From Nitrosopumilus sp. (GTDB lineage: Archaea > Thermoproteota > Nitrososphaeria > Nitrososphaerales > Nitrosopumilaceae), in the NCBI GenBank assembly GCA_965204345.1, contig OZ241981.1, positions 1,344,001 to 1,408,000 on the forward strand: a stretch of 64,000 nucleotides of DNA. Reading direction: 5' to 3'. A program made the translations under genes and the position numbers. The notes beneath the pieces are model-generated. The model was not told the DNA's origin, did not search any database, and saw nothing but the letters and a program-made list of their open reading frames with translations. Positions within the stretch are counted from its first letter, which is position 1. Each line of letters opens with the position of its first letter. Positions 62,318-64,000 of this stretch are shown piece by piece.

Positions 62318-62774
62318 GAGCGTGAGTCAATCAGGGCAATACTCCTCTCCAGAGCTTCTTCCTCAAACATGGTGAGCCTCTATCCCTTGGCAGGTATACC
62401 GCGGTTTCGGGATGTGAACTGGGCGCCGTTGTCTGAAAGTATCTGGCCTGGCGTGCCAAATGACTTGATAGTCTTGCGCAAAACGGCTACAGTGTTCTGG
62501 CTTGTGGCACTATCAAATATCCCGAATCCCGTTATGCATCTTGATGCATCATCCAGATATGCCACAAGTTGCAATCCTTTTAGGCGTGGATCCTTCATTT
62601 TGGCCAGTCCATATCCCACATTGCATTGGAATACAGTCACTCGTATCTGACGTACTTTCTCTTCTTGGATTTTTCAGGAGACAGCTTAACTAGTCCATTG
62701 GATTTCATTATTTGGTAATGCTGTATGGTATCTTATATGAGATGACTTTCTGAGGTGGCGAGCTGTGTGCACTA

Positions 62775-62884
62775 CTGCATGAATATCATCATATGTCTTA
62801 AGAACACGACGTTTAAGTGGTGACGGCATCGTCTAGGGCTTCGAGCCTGCATGAATATCATCATATGTCTTAAGAACACGACGT
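62775..62884. repeat. Repeat-spacer-repeat unit inside IS copy 3 (38-bp exact repeat, 34-bp insert)
   Basis: CTGCATGAATATCATCATATGTCTTAAGAACACGACGT at 62775-62812 and 62847-62884. Confidence 0.95.
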
Positions 62885-63279
62885 ACATCCTCAGGTGATG
62901 GTATCTTTCTGGGTCTTTCTGCCTTTCTGTGGGGGAGTATTCTTCCGGTCTTGCGGTAGGCTGCCCATATGCGTCTGACGTGTCTTGCGCTGACCTGCAT
63001 GGTCTGGGCCAGAACAGATGCTGCACCTGTGCCCTTTTGATGCTGCCGTATGATGTATCTAATCTGAACTTCTTTTAGTCTGGTTCTCTTCATTATTCGT
63101 GATCTGTATATGCGGTAATAATCCCTTGCCTGAAGCCTGAGCTTAGGCGGACATAATTTTCGTACAATAGATTTGCGAAACCAGATGAAAGACTAAAAAC
63201 GTTAAAACTGGATGATGATGATCCTGCTCATGCAAGAGATGTTAATTAATATGAAGTATTTTCAGCAGTACTAACACAC

Positions 63280-64000
63280 ATGATTGTTGGTAGATCACCA
63301 CTAAGAATCAGTTTTGCAGGGGGAGGAACTGATCTTGAAGAATATTACAAAAGATATACAGGTCATACCATTAGTTTCACAATCAGCAAAAATACACATG
63401 TCGTCATACAAAAAAGAGAGGATGAAAAATTCCAGGGATTTTCTCCAGATTTTCAAACGCATCATCCCCCAGAAAAATATTCAAAAGTAAGGAAAAATCT
63501 TCAGGGTCATGAAATAATCATAGCAGTTTTAAAGGAATTAAACGTTACAAAAGGAATAAACGCATTTTTTTGCAGTGATGTAAACGCGGGTTCAGGGCTA
63601 GGTGCATCATCATCACTTGCAACAAATTTAGTTAATACCGTACTTTTTATGGAAGAGCAAAAATGGACAAAAAAGAGAATTGCAGAGAAGGCATATGAGA
63701 TAGCACATAATGTTTTAAAATGGAACTTGGGAAAACAAGATGAGTTTTCTTCATCTTATGGTGGATTGAATCTCTTTGAATTTACTAAAGATAATGTCAA
63801 GACTGAAAGACTTTTGTTGAACAAATCTACCTTCAGAGAGATTCAAGATAATTCGTTGTTGTTTTCATTAGAAAGAAAGCGACAGCCCTCTAGCACGATC
63901 TTAAAAGACCAAGCAGAAAAAACTAAGAAGAATGATCCCCGTACAATAAATGCCCTGCACAATACAAATCAATTTGCTTTAGAATTGCGGGACTGCTTAA
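63280..64000 (+). CDS. GHMP sugar kinase (HddA-like), 3'-truncated by window end
   Basis: RSPLRISFAGGGTD, GSGLGASSS, GKQDE..SYGGLN. Confidence 0.88.
   Translation, partial: MIVGRSPLRISFAGGGTDLEEYYKRYTGHTISFTISKNTHVVIQKREDEKFQGFSPDFQTHHPPEKYSKVRKNLQGHEIIIAVLKELNVTKGINAFFCSDVNAGSGLGASSSLATNLVNTVLFMEEQKWTKKRIAEKAYEIAHNVLKWNLGKQDEFSSSYGGLNLFEFTKDNVKTERLLLNKSTFREIQDNSLLFSLERKRQPSSTILKDQAEKTKKNDPRTINALHNTNQFALELRDCL

Larger units (their letters stand above)
61870..63171 (-). mobile_element. IS481-family element copy 3 (diverged, inactivated)
   Basis: TIRs at 61870 and 63171; transposase broken by 72-bp insert, frameshift, stop and GGT expansion. Confidence 0.9.

Noticed and set aside
61924-62650. 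Poly-Val, poly-Trp and poly-Thr ORFs
   Set aside because: Alternative frames of the GGT tract inside a dead IS

Overview
Chromosomal window from an ammonia-oxidising archaeon (Nitrosopumilaceae-like, inferred from the cox/cupredoxin cluster, npdG, SRPBCC and typical thaumarchaeal hypotheticals). Conserved housekeeping blocks (mtnA, aminotransferases, coxB/coxA/ctaA, ilvE, aspartokinase, tRNA-Arg/Lys/Val) alternate with accessory DNA. The accessory DNA comprises a surface-glycan locus (1-11 kb), a decayed integrase/ATPase/RM islet (14-17 kb), a tRNA-Arg mini-island, a tRNA-Lys island with a Type ISP RM enzyme, stacked tRNA-Val islands with candidate defence genes (39-51 kb) and a second glycan locus (52-64 kb). 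Three features stand out. (1) At least four clean and two degenerate isolated repeat-spacer-repeat scars, each a ~35-38 bp duplication of local sequence around a ~34-36 bp unrelated insert. For three of them the empty allele is present elsewhere in the window. This matches the geometry of ectopic Cas1-Cas2 spacer integration, although no cas gene or array is in the window. (2) A ~7.8 kb inverted duplication around two convergent IS481 copies, carrying two alleles of an STT3/AglB-like (GT-C) membrane protein that are nearly identical except for clustered, mostly non-synonymous patches. (3) A (GGT)~65 expansion inside a third IS481 copy. Many pseudogene remnants suggest relaxed selection. All protein calls are from motif recognition by eye; no searches were run.
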